In this document: piece by piece, positions 17,790-28,369 of the stretch | How positions within the stretch are numbered: the first letter of the stretch is position 1 | Layout of the letters: the number at the start of each line of letters is the position of its first letter | Assembly: GCA_963727445.1 (NCBI GenBank) | Contig: CAVSGI010000010.1 | Coordinates: 736,001 to 800,000 of the forward strand | Direction: 5' to 3' | Length of the DNA: 64,000 nucleotides | Source of the DNA: an uncultured delta proteobacterium | Lineage (GTDB): Bacteria > Myxococcota_A > Polyangia > Polyangiales > B10-G4 | Program-made: the position numbers and the translations under genes | The notes under the pieces: model-generated | The model's input: only the letters and a program-made list of their open reading frames with translations | Databases searched by the model: none | What the model was told of the DNA's origin: nothing

Positions 17790-19235
17790 ATGGAAAAGAC
17801 GCGTCTTCTCTCACGCTCCGGATCGCGCGGCCACCTCGCCGAGTTTCGACGAGCTCCCATCCCGCTCCTGATGAGGTTCAACCGCGAGCTGAACGACATC
17901 GGGCGGATCCGCTTCCTGGTGACCGACCTCCTGGTGATGAACTCGCCCGAGCTCGTTCATGCGCTCCTCGTCGAGCATCACGCGAGCTTGTCGAAGTCGC
18001 GCTTCCTCCGAACGGTCCTCGACCCGCTCGTCGGGCGCGGGCTCTTCACCAGCGAAGGGGAGCTGTGGCAACGGCAGAGGCGGCTGATGGCGCCCATCTT
18101 TCATCGGTCGAGGATCGGGGCGTTCGATCGGGAGATGACGGATGCGGCCACCCGATGCATCGACCGCTGGGAGGAGGGCGCGTCGATCGACGCGTCGGAA
18201 GAGATGACCCGAGTCGCCATGAGCGTCGCGAGCCAGACGCTCTTCAGCGTCGACACCTTCGACGAGGCGGACGAGATCGGCGACGCGTTGGCGGTCGCCC
18301 TCCGCTGGTCGGCGGACATCTCCACCACCGTCTCCCTCGGCGCCCAGGTCACGCTCGCCGAGGGCCTCGACGCCCTGGCGCGACGGCTCCCGGCAGGCCT
18401 TCGCGGTCCGCTCCACTCCGCCGCGAACTCTCTCGAACATCCCGTGCGATGGCCGGGCGAGAAGAGTCGGCGGCTCGAAGAGGCCATCGCACTCCTCGAC
18501 GATCGGGTCGCCGAGATGATCGCCGCGCGCCGCGCGAGCCCGGAAGGCTACGACGACCTCCTCTCCAGGCTCCTCGCCGCCCGCGACGAAGACGGCGGGA
18601 TGATGGACGACCGCCAGCTCCGCGACGAGGTCCTGACGCTCTTCGTGGCGGGACACGAGACGACCGCGACCGCGCTCGCCTGGGCGCTCTATCTCCTCGC
18701 GCGACACCCGGAGATCCGCGAAGCGCTCGAGACGGAAGCCGACGCCCTCGAGGGCCGCGTCCCGACCGCCGACGATCTCGGACGCTTGCCGCTCTCGCGT
18801 CGCATCTTCGCCGAAACGCTGCGGCTCTATCCCCCGGTTCCGGTCTATGAGCGCCAGGCACTCGAGGACGTCGAGGTCGCTGGGATCGAGCTCCCGGTCG
18901 GATCCTATGTCGCGGTCTTCCCCTGGGCGCTGCACCACAACCCGACGGTCTGGGACGACCCGGAGCGATTCGATCCCGATCGTTTCACCGAAGAGCGAGA
19001 GCGTGCGCGTCATCGCTACGCGTGGATCCCCTTCGGCGCGGGTCCCCGCGTGTGCATCGGCAACCACTTCGCGCTCCAAGAGGGGCCGCTGGTGCTCTCG
19101 TGCATCGCTGCGCGCGCACGCCTCGCGCTCGTCAGCGACGCGGAGATCCGTCCGGATCCGGCCGCCGCGACCCTGCGCCCGCGCGGCGGGGTTCCCATGC
19201 GGGTGACGTTGCGGCGCAAATCCGGCGCGGGGTAG
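17790..19235 (+). CDS. Cytochrome P450
   Basis: AGHETT, ETLRLYPP, FDPDRF, PFGAGPRVCIG heme motif. Confidence 0.95.
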   Translation: MEKTRLLSRSGSRGHLAEFRRAPIPLLMRFNRELNDIGRIRFLVTDLLVMNSPELVHALLVEHHASLSKSRFLRTVLDPLVGRGLFTSEGELWQRQRRLMAPIFHRSRIGAFDREMTDAATRCIDRWEEGASIDASEEMTRVAMSVASQTLFSVDTFDEADEIGDALAVALRWSADISTTVSLGAQVTLAEGLDALARRLPAGLRGPLHSAANSLEHPVRWPGEKSRRLEEAIALLDDRVAEMIAARRASPEGYDDLLSRLLAARDEDGGMMDDRQLRDEVLTLFVAGHETTATALAWALYLLARHPEIREALETEADALEGRVPTADDLGRLPLSRRIFAETLRLYPPVPVYERQALEDVEVAGIELPVGSYVAVFPWALHHNPTVWDDPERFDPDRFTEERERARHRYAWIPFGAGPRVCIGNHFALQEGPLVLSCIAARARLALVSDAEIRPDPAAATLRPRGGVPMRVTLRRKSGAG

Positions 19236-19277
19236 GCGCGTGATTGAGTCCCGACGTCGCACGGGCGACCATCGGGT

Positions 19278-21623
19278 GTGCTCCGTGCTTTCGCCTGCTT
19301 CGCACTCGCCGTCCTGACGCTCGGGTGCGGTGACGATGGGGCGATGGCGACTCCCGATGGCGCCGTCGATGGCGGCGGCGACGCCGCAACGGATGCCGGG
19401 ATCGAACCGGCTGCCCCTGCGATGCCTGCGCCGATGGACGCACGTCCCTGCCCGGAGGGTTGGCGCGAGCGCACCCTCGAGTCGGAAGCGGTCGGCTGCG
19501 AACCATATGCTGCCGCGGAGCCCACGGACTGCGGCCCTCACGAGGCTCACTTTCCCGGCGCCGCCGGTTGCACGACGATCGGGGCCGCGTGTCCCGCCAC
19601 CGACTTCCCGGACGTCGCCGCCGGCACCAGCGCGTTCTACGTCGCCGAGGGTGCGACCGGCGGCGATGGAACGATGTCGGCGCCCTTCGGCACCATTCGC
19701 GAAGCCGCGCTCGTCGCCCGGAGCGGTGACGTGATCGTGGTGGGCAAGGGAACGTTCAGCGACGAGATCACGTTGAGAAGTGGAGTCGAGCTGCGCGGCG
19801 CGTGCGCCGCCGAGACCGTCATCAGCAGCGACTCCGCGGTGACCGTGGCCGGCGTCTTGAACGTGAACGCGACGGACGTGGTCGTCCGGGACCTGCGCAT
19901 CGACGGCGCCGCGCGACCCGGCCTCGCAGTGACTGGTGGCTCCGTTCGGGCACAGGGCGTGATCTTCGACGGCAACACGGCAGCCGGCGTCCGCGTCGAC
20001 GGCGACGCCGACGTGACGCTCACCGACGTCATCGTGCGGGGGACGCGCGTTGCGGCCAGCGACCCGCGCTCGGGCAACGGCGTGAACGCCGTGTCGGGGG
20101 CGCACCTGTCGATGGAGCGCGTGCTGGTGGACGACAACCGCGCCCGCGGCGTCAGCGCGGTCGGTTCAGGCGTGGAGCTCAGCATCGTCGACTCGATCGT
20201 CAGCCGCTCCGGCGGCATCGGCATCGGCGTCGAGCTCGAAGCCACCGCCACCTTGGAGCGCATCTACGCGCCGGCCAACGAGGTCACGGGGATCGCCACC
20301 GCCGGCGCCGGCGCCAACACGACGATCACCCACCTCGTCTTGCGGGGAACCGAGGGCATCGGCCTCGCGACGGTCAGGGGCGCCGCGCTCACCCTGACGA
20401 AGTCGATCATCGAGTCGAGTGACCAATACGGCGCATTGGTCGAAAACGAAGGCGCGTCGGGCACCTTCGAGGACGTCGCGTTCGTATCGACTCGGGCGGA
20501 CTTCGTGCCCATGGGACGCTCGCTCTTCGTCTTCGAGGACGGCTCCGCCACGCTGCGCCGCGTCCTCGCCTTCGACTCGAAGCAGAACGCGATCTCCCTC
20601 TCGGGGCCCGCGGTCTCAGTCGTCGGCGAGGACATCACCATCATCGACACCAAGGCCCAGCCCGACGACCTGACCCACGGGCGCGGCGTGATGATGGAAG
20701 GCGGAGCACACGCCGAGCTTCACCGCATCTGGATCGACCGGTCGCGTGAAGCGGCGATGATCGCCATCCACGACGACACGTTTCTGAATGTCGAGGACCT
20801 GACGATCACCAACACCCTTCCTCGCGAGGGCGATTCCCGCTTCGGCCGCGGCCTCGTCGTCGAGTACGGCTCGGAGGCGGAGGTCCGCCGCGCTCGATTC
20901 TCGAACAACCTCGACGCGGCGGTATACGTGAACCAGCCGACCACCTCCCTGCTCCTCGAGGATGCCGTGCTCGAAGACACGGGCTCGGAAGTGAGCAGCA
21001 CGACGCGCGGACGAGGAGTGGAGGTCATCCTGGGCGCGAGCGCCACCCTGAGGCGGGTCGACGTCCTCAGAAATCGCGAGCTCGGCGTCATCGTCTCCAG
21101 CGGTTCGTCTCTCACCTTCGAGGACCTTCGCATTCTGGACACCGCGCCCTCCGAGTGGGATGGCGCCTACGGTCGCGCCTTCAACGTCCAGCTCGACTCG
21201 ACCGCTTCGGGACGAGGGTTGACCATCGAGCGATGCAGCGAAGCAGGCCTGACCACCGCGGGCAGCGGCGTGGTCGTCGACATCTCCGAGGTCGTCATCC
21301 GTGACGTCGCGCGCGTCGTGTGCACGCGCGAGGGCAGCTGCACGCCGGGGTTCGGCATGGGGCTGGGCGTGTACGCGGACGCGCGAACGACGATCACCGA
21401 CTTCCTCATCGAACGGGCGGCCACCTGCGGCGTTCAGGTGGACGGCGCCGCACTGAACCTGAGCCATGGCGTGGTCTCCTCCTGCGCGATCGGCGCCTGC
21501 GTGGGCACCGCTGACTTCGATCTGAGCCGTCTTCAGGACGACGTTGCCTACGTGGACAACGAATCGAACGTCGACACCACGAGCCTCCCCGTTCCCGACA
21601 TCATCGACACCCCCGAGGGATGA
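19278..21623 (+). CDS. Lipoprotein with right-handed parallel beta-helix repeats
   Basis: LTLGC lipobox; GDGTMSAPFGTI; repeated GxG-hydrophobic/xNxxG beta-helix turns. Confidence 0.8.
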   Translation: MLRAFACFALAVLTLGCGDDGAMATPDGAVDGGGDAATDAGIEPAAPAMPAPMDARPCPEGWRERTLESEAVGCEPYAAAEPTDCGPHEAHFPGAAGCTTIGAACPATDFPDVAAGTSAFYVAEGATGGDGTMSAPFGTIREAALVARSGDVIVVGKGTFSDEITLRSGVELRGACAAETVISSDSAVTVAGVLNVNATDVVVRDLRIDGAARPGLAVTGGSVRAQGVIFDGNTAAGVRVDGDADVTLTDVIVRGTRVAASDPRSGNGVNAVSGAHLSMERVLVDDNRARGVSAVGSGVELSIVDSIVSRSGGIGIGVELEATATLERIYAPANEVTGIATAGAGANTTITHLVLRGTEGIGLATVRGAALTLTKSIIESSDQYGALVENEGASGTFEDVAFVSTRADFVPMGRSLFVFEDGSATLRRVLAFDSKQNAISLSGPAVSVVGEDITIIDTKAQPDDLTHGRGVMMEGGAHAELHRIWIDRSREAAMIAIHDDTFLNVEDLTITNTLPREGDSRFGRGLVVEYGSEAEVRRARFSNNLDAAVYVNQPTTSLLLEDAVLEDTGSEVSSTTRGRGVEVILGASATLRRVDVLRNRELGVIVSSGSSLTFEDLRILDTAPSEWDGAYGRAFNVQLDSTASGRGLTIERCSEAGLTTAGSGVVVDISEVVIRDVARVVCTREGSCTPGFGMGLGVYADARTTITDFLIERAATCGVQVDGAALNLSHGVVSSCAIGACVGTADFDLSRLQDDVAYVDNESNVDTTSLPVPDIIDTPEG

Positions 21624-21791
21624 TCGCGCATGTGCGACGTTGTAGGATGCGCGTGAGCAACCGCACGCGTGCGTCACAGTGGATCATCGCGCGTGGAGCC
21701 GAGAGCATTCCTCGTTCCCCCGATTGTTAAGAAGTCGCCAAGAAACAAAAGACTTAATCGGAGGCATGCGCGTTGCTGAGCAGCGCGCGCG

Positions 21792-24284
21792 ATGAACCTT
21801 CCTTCCCCGAAGAACCTCTCCGGTTCCATTCACTCCGCGGTCGTTGTCTCACTCGCGATTCTCTTCATTGGATGCAGCCCGAAGGGCGGGCCCGGCACGG
21901 GCGGCGGTGGCGACGGCTACGGCGCGGGCGACGACGCGGGCGGTCCCGCCGTGATGTGCGCGGCTGGCCAACGAGCCTGCGTCGACACCTGCTGCGCGCC
22001 GGGCGACGTCTGCGGCGCGAACGGAACCTGCTGCGGCGCCGACGTCTTGTGCGGTAGTAGCTGCTGCGGCGCGGGTGAGGTCTGCGAAGGCGCGATCTGT
22101 CACGTCGAATGCGCGGCCGACACGGCGCGCTGTCACGACGGCGCTGGTGGCGAGGTCTGCTGCGGTCCGGGCGAGGTCTGTGCCGCCGATCGCTGCTACC
22201 TGCCAAGCGCTCCGTGCGAGGACTTCTGGGACTGCAGCGACGGGAGCTACTGCGAGCCCACGCTCGGCTATTGCCTGCCGCAGCCGCACGACGGCGAGCC
22301 CTGCCAGCTGTCCTCGAGCGGCGGCGAGGTCGTGCCGACCGAGCTCTGGCACTGGGACGGCACGGACGCGGTGATGCCGATGTGGAACCAGGTCATGATG
22401 ACCCCGGTCGTCGCCAACCTGAACGACGACGACGGCAACGGGATCATCGACCAGAACGACATCCCCGACGTCGTCTTCTCGAGCTTCTGCGGCGACACGA
22501 CGAACGTCGCGTGCCTCGGCGGCGAATACCACGAGAACGGCGTCCTGCGTGCCGTGAGCGGCGCCGACGGCTCGTCGCTCTTCGACGTGACCGACCCGCG
22601 GCTGCGGGTGATCGGCGGCGCCCAGCTCGCGCTCGGCGACATCGACGGCGACGGCCTGGTCGAGATCGTGGCGTGCGGCTCCGATCCGTCGTGGGAAGGC
22701 CCTCTGATGGCCTTCGAGAACGACGGCACCTTCAAATGGCAGAGCTCGGACCCGCGCGTCCGATGCGGGCAGAGCGCACCGGCGATCGCCGACCTGAACG
22801 CCGACGGGCAACCGGAGGTCTTCGTTCGCTACAGCGTCTTGAACGGCGCGGACGGCTCGCTGGTCTGGCATCACGACTGCCTGAACCCGGGCGACTTCGA
22901 GCTGACGAGCGGCTCGGACGGCTTCTACGTGACCCAGCAGGTCACCTACGAGCACTACTCGTGCGACTACACGACGGCCGCCGATCTCGACGGCCGCGGC
23001 CGACTCTCCATCGTCGGCGGCAACGTCGCCTACGACGACTCGGGTCGTTTGCGGTGGGATCGCAGCGCGGACTTCCGCGACGGCTACCCCGCGGTCGGCG
23101 ATCTGAACCTCGACGGCGTCCCCGAGATCATCGTCGTCAACTCGGCCTTCGACCCGCGCTACGCGCGCGGCGACCATCAGATCCGCGTCCTCGACAACCT
23201 GGGCCGCGATCTCTTCGGTCCGGTCGACATCAACGTGCCCGACATGAATCGCACGCCCGAATACGCCGACAACCTCACGACTTCACGCGTCGCTGGCGGG
23301 GGCCCGCCCACCATCGCCAACTTCGACGACGACGCGCAGCCCGAGATCGCTTTGGCGGGCGGCTACGGCTACGCCGTCTTCGACGTGGATCTCACGCCGA
23401 TCTGGTTCGCGCCAACACACGACCTCTCCTCGCGCAAGACCGGCTCGAGCGTCTTCGATTTCGACGGAGACGGCAGGGCCGAGGCGGTCTACAACGACGA
23501 GTACTGGCTGCGCGTCTACGACGGCGCGGACGGGCACGTGCGCTACTGCCAATGCAACACCTCGGCCACGCACTGGGAGTATCCGGTGATCGTCGACGTG
23601 AACAACGACGGGCACGCGGAGATCGTCGTCCCTTCGAACGACTTCTACATCGACTCCTGTCCCACGACCGAAGCGCCCGACGAATGCACGCAGGCGCGGG
23701 TCGCGGCGGGCGAAACCCACGGCTCGCACGGCGTCCGCGCCTTCGCGGCGCCGGATCGGGACTGGGTCGCGACGCGCCGCATCTGGAATCAGCACACCTA
23801 TCACGTGACGAACGTCACGGAGTCGGGCGCCATCCCGATGGGCGAGCGCCAGAACTGGATGATGAACGGCCTCGACAACTTCCGGCAGAACGTGCAGCCC
23901 GGCGCGCGCAACATCCCCGACCTCACGCCCATCGAGCTCTCGGTCGACCTCGCCGAGTGCACGGACGCCATGACGCTCCACTTCCGCCTCTCGAACATCG
24001 GCTGGGCGGCCGTGAGCGCGGGCGTGACCGCCGCGGTCTACGCAGACGGCGCCGACGGCAGCTGGATCCCGGTCGGAACCGTTCGCACGACGCGGCACCT
24101 GTTGCCGGGGGAGAGCGAGCCCTTGTCGATCCGCTATCCCCTCGACGGCCGCGACGGCTATGCCCCGGTCACCTTCCGCGTGGTCGCCGGAGCCTCCACC
24201 GATGACAGCCCGTCCGTCGTGATCGAGTGCCGCGACGACAACAACGACGCGACGATCGACGCGAGCTGCACGCTGGTGTTCTGA
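21792..24284 (+). CDS. FG-GAP repeat lipoprotein with Cys-rich N-terminus and CARDB-like C-terminus
   Basis: LFIGC lipobox; GDIDGDGLVEI, ADLNADGQPE, GSSVFDFDGDGRAE, RRIWNQHTYHVTN. Confidence 0.88.
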   Translation: MNLPSPKNLSGSIHSAVVVSLAILFIGCSPKGGPGTGGGGDGYGAGDDAGGPAVMCAAGQRACVDTCCAPGDVCGANGTCCGADVLCGSSCCGAGEVCEGAICHVECAADTARCHDGAGGEVCCGPGEVCAADRCYLPSAPCEDFWDCSDGSYCEPTLGYCLPQPHDGEPCQLSSSGGEVVPTELWHWDGTDAVMPMWNQVMMTPVVANLNDDDGNGIIDQNDIPDVVFSSFCGDTTNVACLGGEYHENGVLRAVSGADGSSLFDVTDPRLRVIGGAQLALGDIDGDGLVEIVACGSDPSWEGPLMAFENDGTFKWQSSDPRVRCGQSAPAIADLNADGQPEVFVRYSVLNGADGSLVWHHDCLNPGDFELTSGSDGFYVTQQVTYEHYSCDYTTAADLDGRGRLSIVGGNVAYDDSGRLRWDRSADFRDGYPAVGDLNLDGVPEIIVVNSAFDPRYARGDHQIRVLDNLGRDLFGPVDINVPDMNRTPEYADNLTTSRVAGGGPPTIANFDDDAQPEIALAGGYGYAVFDVDLTPIWFAPTHDLSSRKTGSSVFDFDGDGRAEAVYNDEYWLRVYDGADGHVRYCQCNTSATHWEYPVIVDVNNDGHAEIVVPSNDFYIDSCPTTEAPDECTQARVAAGETHGSHGVRAFAAPDRDWVATRRIWNQHTYHVTNVTESGAIPMGERQNWMMNGLDNFRQNVQPGARNIPDLTPIELSVDLAECTDAMTLHFRLSNIGWAAVSAGVTAAVYADGADGSWIPVGTVRTTRHLLPGESEPLSIRYPLDGRDGYAPVTFRVVAGASTDDSPSVVIECRDDNNDATIDASCTLVF

Positions 24285-24320
24285 CCGAGCGCCCAGGCCG
24301 CGCGGTGATACCCTCGCCCC

Positions 24321-26603
24321 ATGCGGGCGATTCTTCTCTGCGCGGCCGTCTCGCTCTGTGCGGCGGCATGCGATTGCGGCGACGGCGCTGCGCCGTGCAC
24401 CGTCTCCTCCGAGTGTGCGACGGGCGAGCAGTGCCTCGATGGCATGTGCACGCCGCGCAGCGACGGCGGCGGCAGCGATGGAGGCGATGCGACACTTCCC
24501 GACTCGGCGCCGCCTGACGCCAGCGGGCCGCCGTGCGCCGCGGACGGAAGCTGCGAAGGCGACGCGCGGTGCGTGAGCGGAGTTTGCGTGGCGTGGGGCG
24601 ACGGCGAGTACGACGACGGCTGTGAGCGCGTGACGGACCCCGGCCCGGTGCTCCCGCAGATCCAGTGCACCTTCGAGACCGCGCCGATGGACGACCCGCG
24701 ACCCGACGCCATTCGCGCGCTGCACACCCCTCTGGTCGCCAACCTCGGGGTGAACGCCTCGCCGGACGTGCCGGCGCGTCCCAGCGTCGTCTACATCGCG
24801 GACTATGGATACATGGAGGGCGTGCCGCGCGGCTGCACGGCCGGCGGGCGTGCTGCGCATCCTCGACGGCGCGACCTGCCGATCGCAGGGCGTCTACGAC
24901 GAGCTGCCCCTGAACTCGCCGGTCACGCCGGCGATCGGTGACCTCGACGGCGACGGGACCGCGGAGGTCGTGGCCGCGGCGACGCAGGGAGGGCTCGTCG
25001 CGCTCCGCGTCGCCATCGACGGAAGCGTGACGCGGATGTGGAGCACCACCATGGCGGACGGCTCGCCCGATCTCCTGGGGAGCGCGCAGTGCCAGTGGGG
25101 CGGCGTGTCCATCTACGACATCGACGACGATGGAAGCCCGGAGGTGCTCTTCGAAGGCGGCGTCTGGGATGCGGACGGCGTGCGCGTGGCGTCCCTGCCC
25201 GGCTGGACGCACATCTCCCACGGCGTCCCCGTCCCCGTCGGCGACTTCGACGGCGACGGGCGAGGTCGAGGCGGTGGCGGGCAACGCCACCTGGGAGTTC
25301 GATGGGACCGCGGGCGACTTCGTGATCGAATCCGGCTTCTCCACGACCGTGCCCGCGGGCTTCACCGCGGTGGCGGATCTCGGCGACTTCCCCGGGGTGG
25401 CGGGCGACGTCGCCGGGCAGCCGGAGGTGATCAGCGCGATGAGCGGCTTCGTCTCGGTGCGCACGCTTTCGGGCGGCGTGGTCGCGACCATCGCCACGTC
25501 GACCGGCGGCAACGGCGGACCGCCTACGGTGGCCGACTTCGACGGCGACGGCGTGCGCGAGTTCGGCGTCGCCTTCGGCGGCAGCTACGAGGTCTTCGAC
25601 CTGGCAGAGACGAGCCAGCGCCTCTGGACGAAGCCCTCTCAGGACCTCTCCAGCTCGCGCACCGGCTCGAGCGTCTTCGACTTCAACGCCGACGGCCGGG
25701 CCGAGGTCGTCTACGGCGACGAGTGCTTCGTGCGGGTGTACGACGGAACCGACGGCGAGGTGATCTTCTCGCAGGCGCGGTTCTCGTCCACCTGGACCGA
25801 GAACCCGATCGTCGCCGACGTCGACGGGGACGCCTCGGCGGAGATGGTCGTGGGCGCCAGCGGCATGTGCAACACGCCCTACTGCCCGCTGGTGGATCCG
25901 ATCTTCGAGGGGCTTCGCTGCGAGGGCGCCGACGATTGTCCCTCCGGCACCTGCACCGACGGGCTCTGCCGCTGCGCGGACGACACCGAGTGTCCGACGA
26001 CCTACGGCTGCTCCGATCCGCTCTCCGGTTCTGGCGACCAGGTCTGTCGCGCGTTCCATCGCGACTGCGTCCCGGGCATCCGGGTCTACCGCGACGGCCG
26101 CGACCGCTGGGCCGAGCTCGCGCACCATCTGGAACCAGCACGCCTATCACGTCACCAACGTCAACGAAGATGGAACCATCCCGCGGAGCAGCGCCGTGCT
26201 GCCGAACTGGTCCGACCCGACGCTCGACAACTTCCGCCAGAACGTTCAGGGCTCGCTGGGGCCGACCCCCGGCCCCGACCTCACGATTCAATCGATCACC
26301 GCCGTCTGCGTGACGAGCGACAGCACCGAGATGCAGGCCACCCTCTGTAACCGCGGCGCCGTCTTCCTCGACGCGGGGATCCAGGTGGTCTTCGATCAGG
26401 TCGCGGCCGACGACACGCGGACGCGCCTGTGCGATCTGCGCACCATGGAGCCGGTCGCCCCGGGCGAGTGCACGACCGTGAGCTGCACCGCGCCCGTCCC
26501 CGCCGACGGCACTTTCGAGGCCACGGCTGACGAAGAAGCGTTGGTGGGCGAGTGCATCGAGGACAACAACCGCGCCCAGAGCGAAGCGAACTGCCTGATG
26601 TGA
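24321..26603 (+). CDS. Second FG-GAP repeat lipoprotein (~759 aa), interrupted by three +1 frameshifts (~24845, ~25259, ~26112)
   Basis: Consecutive ORF fragments in successive frames carry GDLDGDG, GSSVFDFNADGRAE, WNQHAYHVTN and LDNFRQN, collinear with the upstream paralog. Confidence 0.8.
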
Positions 26604-26672
26604 GCCGCCGGCCGCCTCGGGACGCCGCCGCTCTCCCTTGAAGCGGCGAAACCGGCGCTTACGTGCCTCGTC

Positions 26673-28166
26673 GTGACGACCAAACGCATGCTGATCATCG
26701 GCGGCGGGCTCTCGGGCCTGTCCGCGGGTTGCTACGGCCGGATGAACGGGTTCGAGACGCACGTTCTCGAGCACGCGCCGGAGCCCGGCGGTGTGTGCCG
26801 CGCCTGGCCCCGCGACCCCTACGTGGTCGACGGGTGCATCCACTGGCTCACCGGCGCGGCCGAGGGCGGGGCCTTTCGGCAGGTCTACGAGGAGCTGGGC
26901 GTCGTGCCGGGCGTCGAGACGCGCGTGATCGACCGCTTCCTGCGCGTCGAGGATCCCGTCGACGACTGGGCCTTCGAGGTCGTCCGGGATCGCGCCGAGC
27001 TCCGGCGCCAGATGGAGCGCCTCGGCCCCGAGGACGGCGAGGCGATCGACGCGCTCTTCGCCGCCGTCGACGCCGCGGCGAAGCTCCCGATGGATGACAG
27101 CCGCCCCACCGAGATCGAGACCTTCCCAGAGAAGCTGAACCGGCTCTGGAACCTGCGTCACGTCGCACCGACCTTCTTGCGCTTCCGCGGCACGATGGGC
27201 GAGTGGGCCGACGAGCACATGCGGAGCGAGCGGCTGCGAAACGCCTTCACGCACCTGACCGCCTCGGAGATGCCCGCCCTGTTGGCGCCGTTCTTCCTCC
27301 ATCTCTTCGAGAGCGGTCAGCTCTCGGAGCCCATCGGGGGCAGCAACGCCGTCTCCGGTGCGGTCATCGAGCGCTACCGGGACCTCGGCGGCGAGCTGAC
27401 GACCGGCGTCACCGTCGACGAGATCGTCGTCGAGGACGGTCGCGCCACCGGCGTTCGCCTCACCGATGGACGCCTGTTGCGCGCGGACCTGGTGATCTCG
27501 ACCGCATCCGAGCACGAGACGCACCAGAAGCTCCTCGGCGGGCGTCACCTCGACGATCACGCCAAGCACCGCATCGACGAATGGCCGACCTTCAGCCCCA
27601 TCGTGATCGTCAGCGTCGGCGTCGCCGCCGCCTTCCCCGCCCTGCCGCATTCGCTCCTGGTCCGGCAGCGAAAGCCGCTCGTGGTGGGCGGCCGTGCGAC
27701 GGATTGGCTGCCGATCCGGATCTTCGGCGACGCCCCCTGGGTCGCGCCCGTGGGCCACACCGTGCTTCAGAGCGTCGTCATGACCGACTACGACCATTGG
27801 GCGGCGCTCGGTGACGACTACGCCCGCGAGAAGGAAGCGGTGATCGACGCTGTCGTCGAACGGATGACGGAGCGGCTGCCGACGCTCGAAGGAAAGGTGC
27901 GGATGCGCGACATCGCCACGCCGCTCACCTTCTGGCGATGGGCTCGGTCGTGGCGGGGCGCCTTCGAGGGCTACCTTCCGACGGCCGAGGGCTTCCGCGA
28001 ACACGTGCCCAAGCGCGTCCCCGGCGTGGACGCGCTCTACCGGGCGGGGCAATGGGTGGAGCCGGGCGGGGGGGTGCCGCCCGCGCTCCTCAGCGGACGG
28101 CAGGTGGTCGAGATCGTCGCGAACGACCTGGGCTTGGGGTTCGTCGCAAAGCGGCCGTCCCGCTGA
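26673..28166 (+). CDS. Phytoene desaturase-family FAD-dependent oxidoreductase
   Basis: IIGGGLSGL, DGCIHWL, ATPLTF, AGQWVEPGGGVP. Confidence 0.85.
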   Translation: MTTKRMLIIGGGLSGLSAGCYGRMNGFETHVLEHAPEPGGVCRAWPRDPYVVDGCIHWLTGAAEGGAFRQVYEELGVVPGVETRVIDRFLRVEDPVDDWAFEVVRDRAELRRQMERLGPEDGEAIDALFAAVDAAAKLPMDDSRPTEIETFPEKLNRLWNLRHVAPTFLRFRGTMGEWADEHMRSERLRNAFTHLTASEMPALLAPFFLHLFESGQLSEPIGGSNAVSGAVIERYRDLGGELTTGVTVDEIVVEDGRATGVRLTDGRLLRADLVISTASEHETHQKLLGGRHLDDHAKHRIDEWPTFSPIVIVSVGVAAAFPALPHSLLVRQRKPLVVGGRATDWLPIRIFGDAPWVAPVGHTVLQSVVMTDYDHWAALGDDYAREKEAVIDAVVERMTERLPTLEGKVRMRDIATPLTFWRWARSWRGAFEGYLPTAEGFREHVPKRVPGVDALYRAGQWVEPGGGVPPALLSGRQVVEIVANDLGLGFVAKRPSR

Positions 28167-28369
28167 GCTTTCGTGCGGGGCGGCGAAGATCGATGGCAGG
28201 GCTCACGGCAGTGGGCCGGGTGCGCAATTGCCCCACGTGTGATCGATTGGAAGCCCGGTCTGCGCAGGGAACGGGCCCTCGGTGGCCGCCAAACGCAGCC
28301 CTTGCGTGGGGCGCCTGGCAATTGCACGGATCTGCGTGTCGGCATGAGGAGTGCACCAGATCTTCGATC

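Noticed and set aside
21721..21760. AT-rich imperfect inverted repeat upstream of the FG-GAP gene
   Set aside because: The arms are short and interrupted; probably promoter DNA but not assignable
26673..28166. crtI / carotenoid cluster
   Set aside because: Only family-level similarity, and no crtB or crtE nearby
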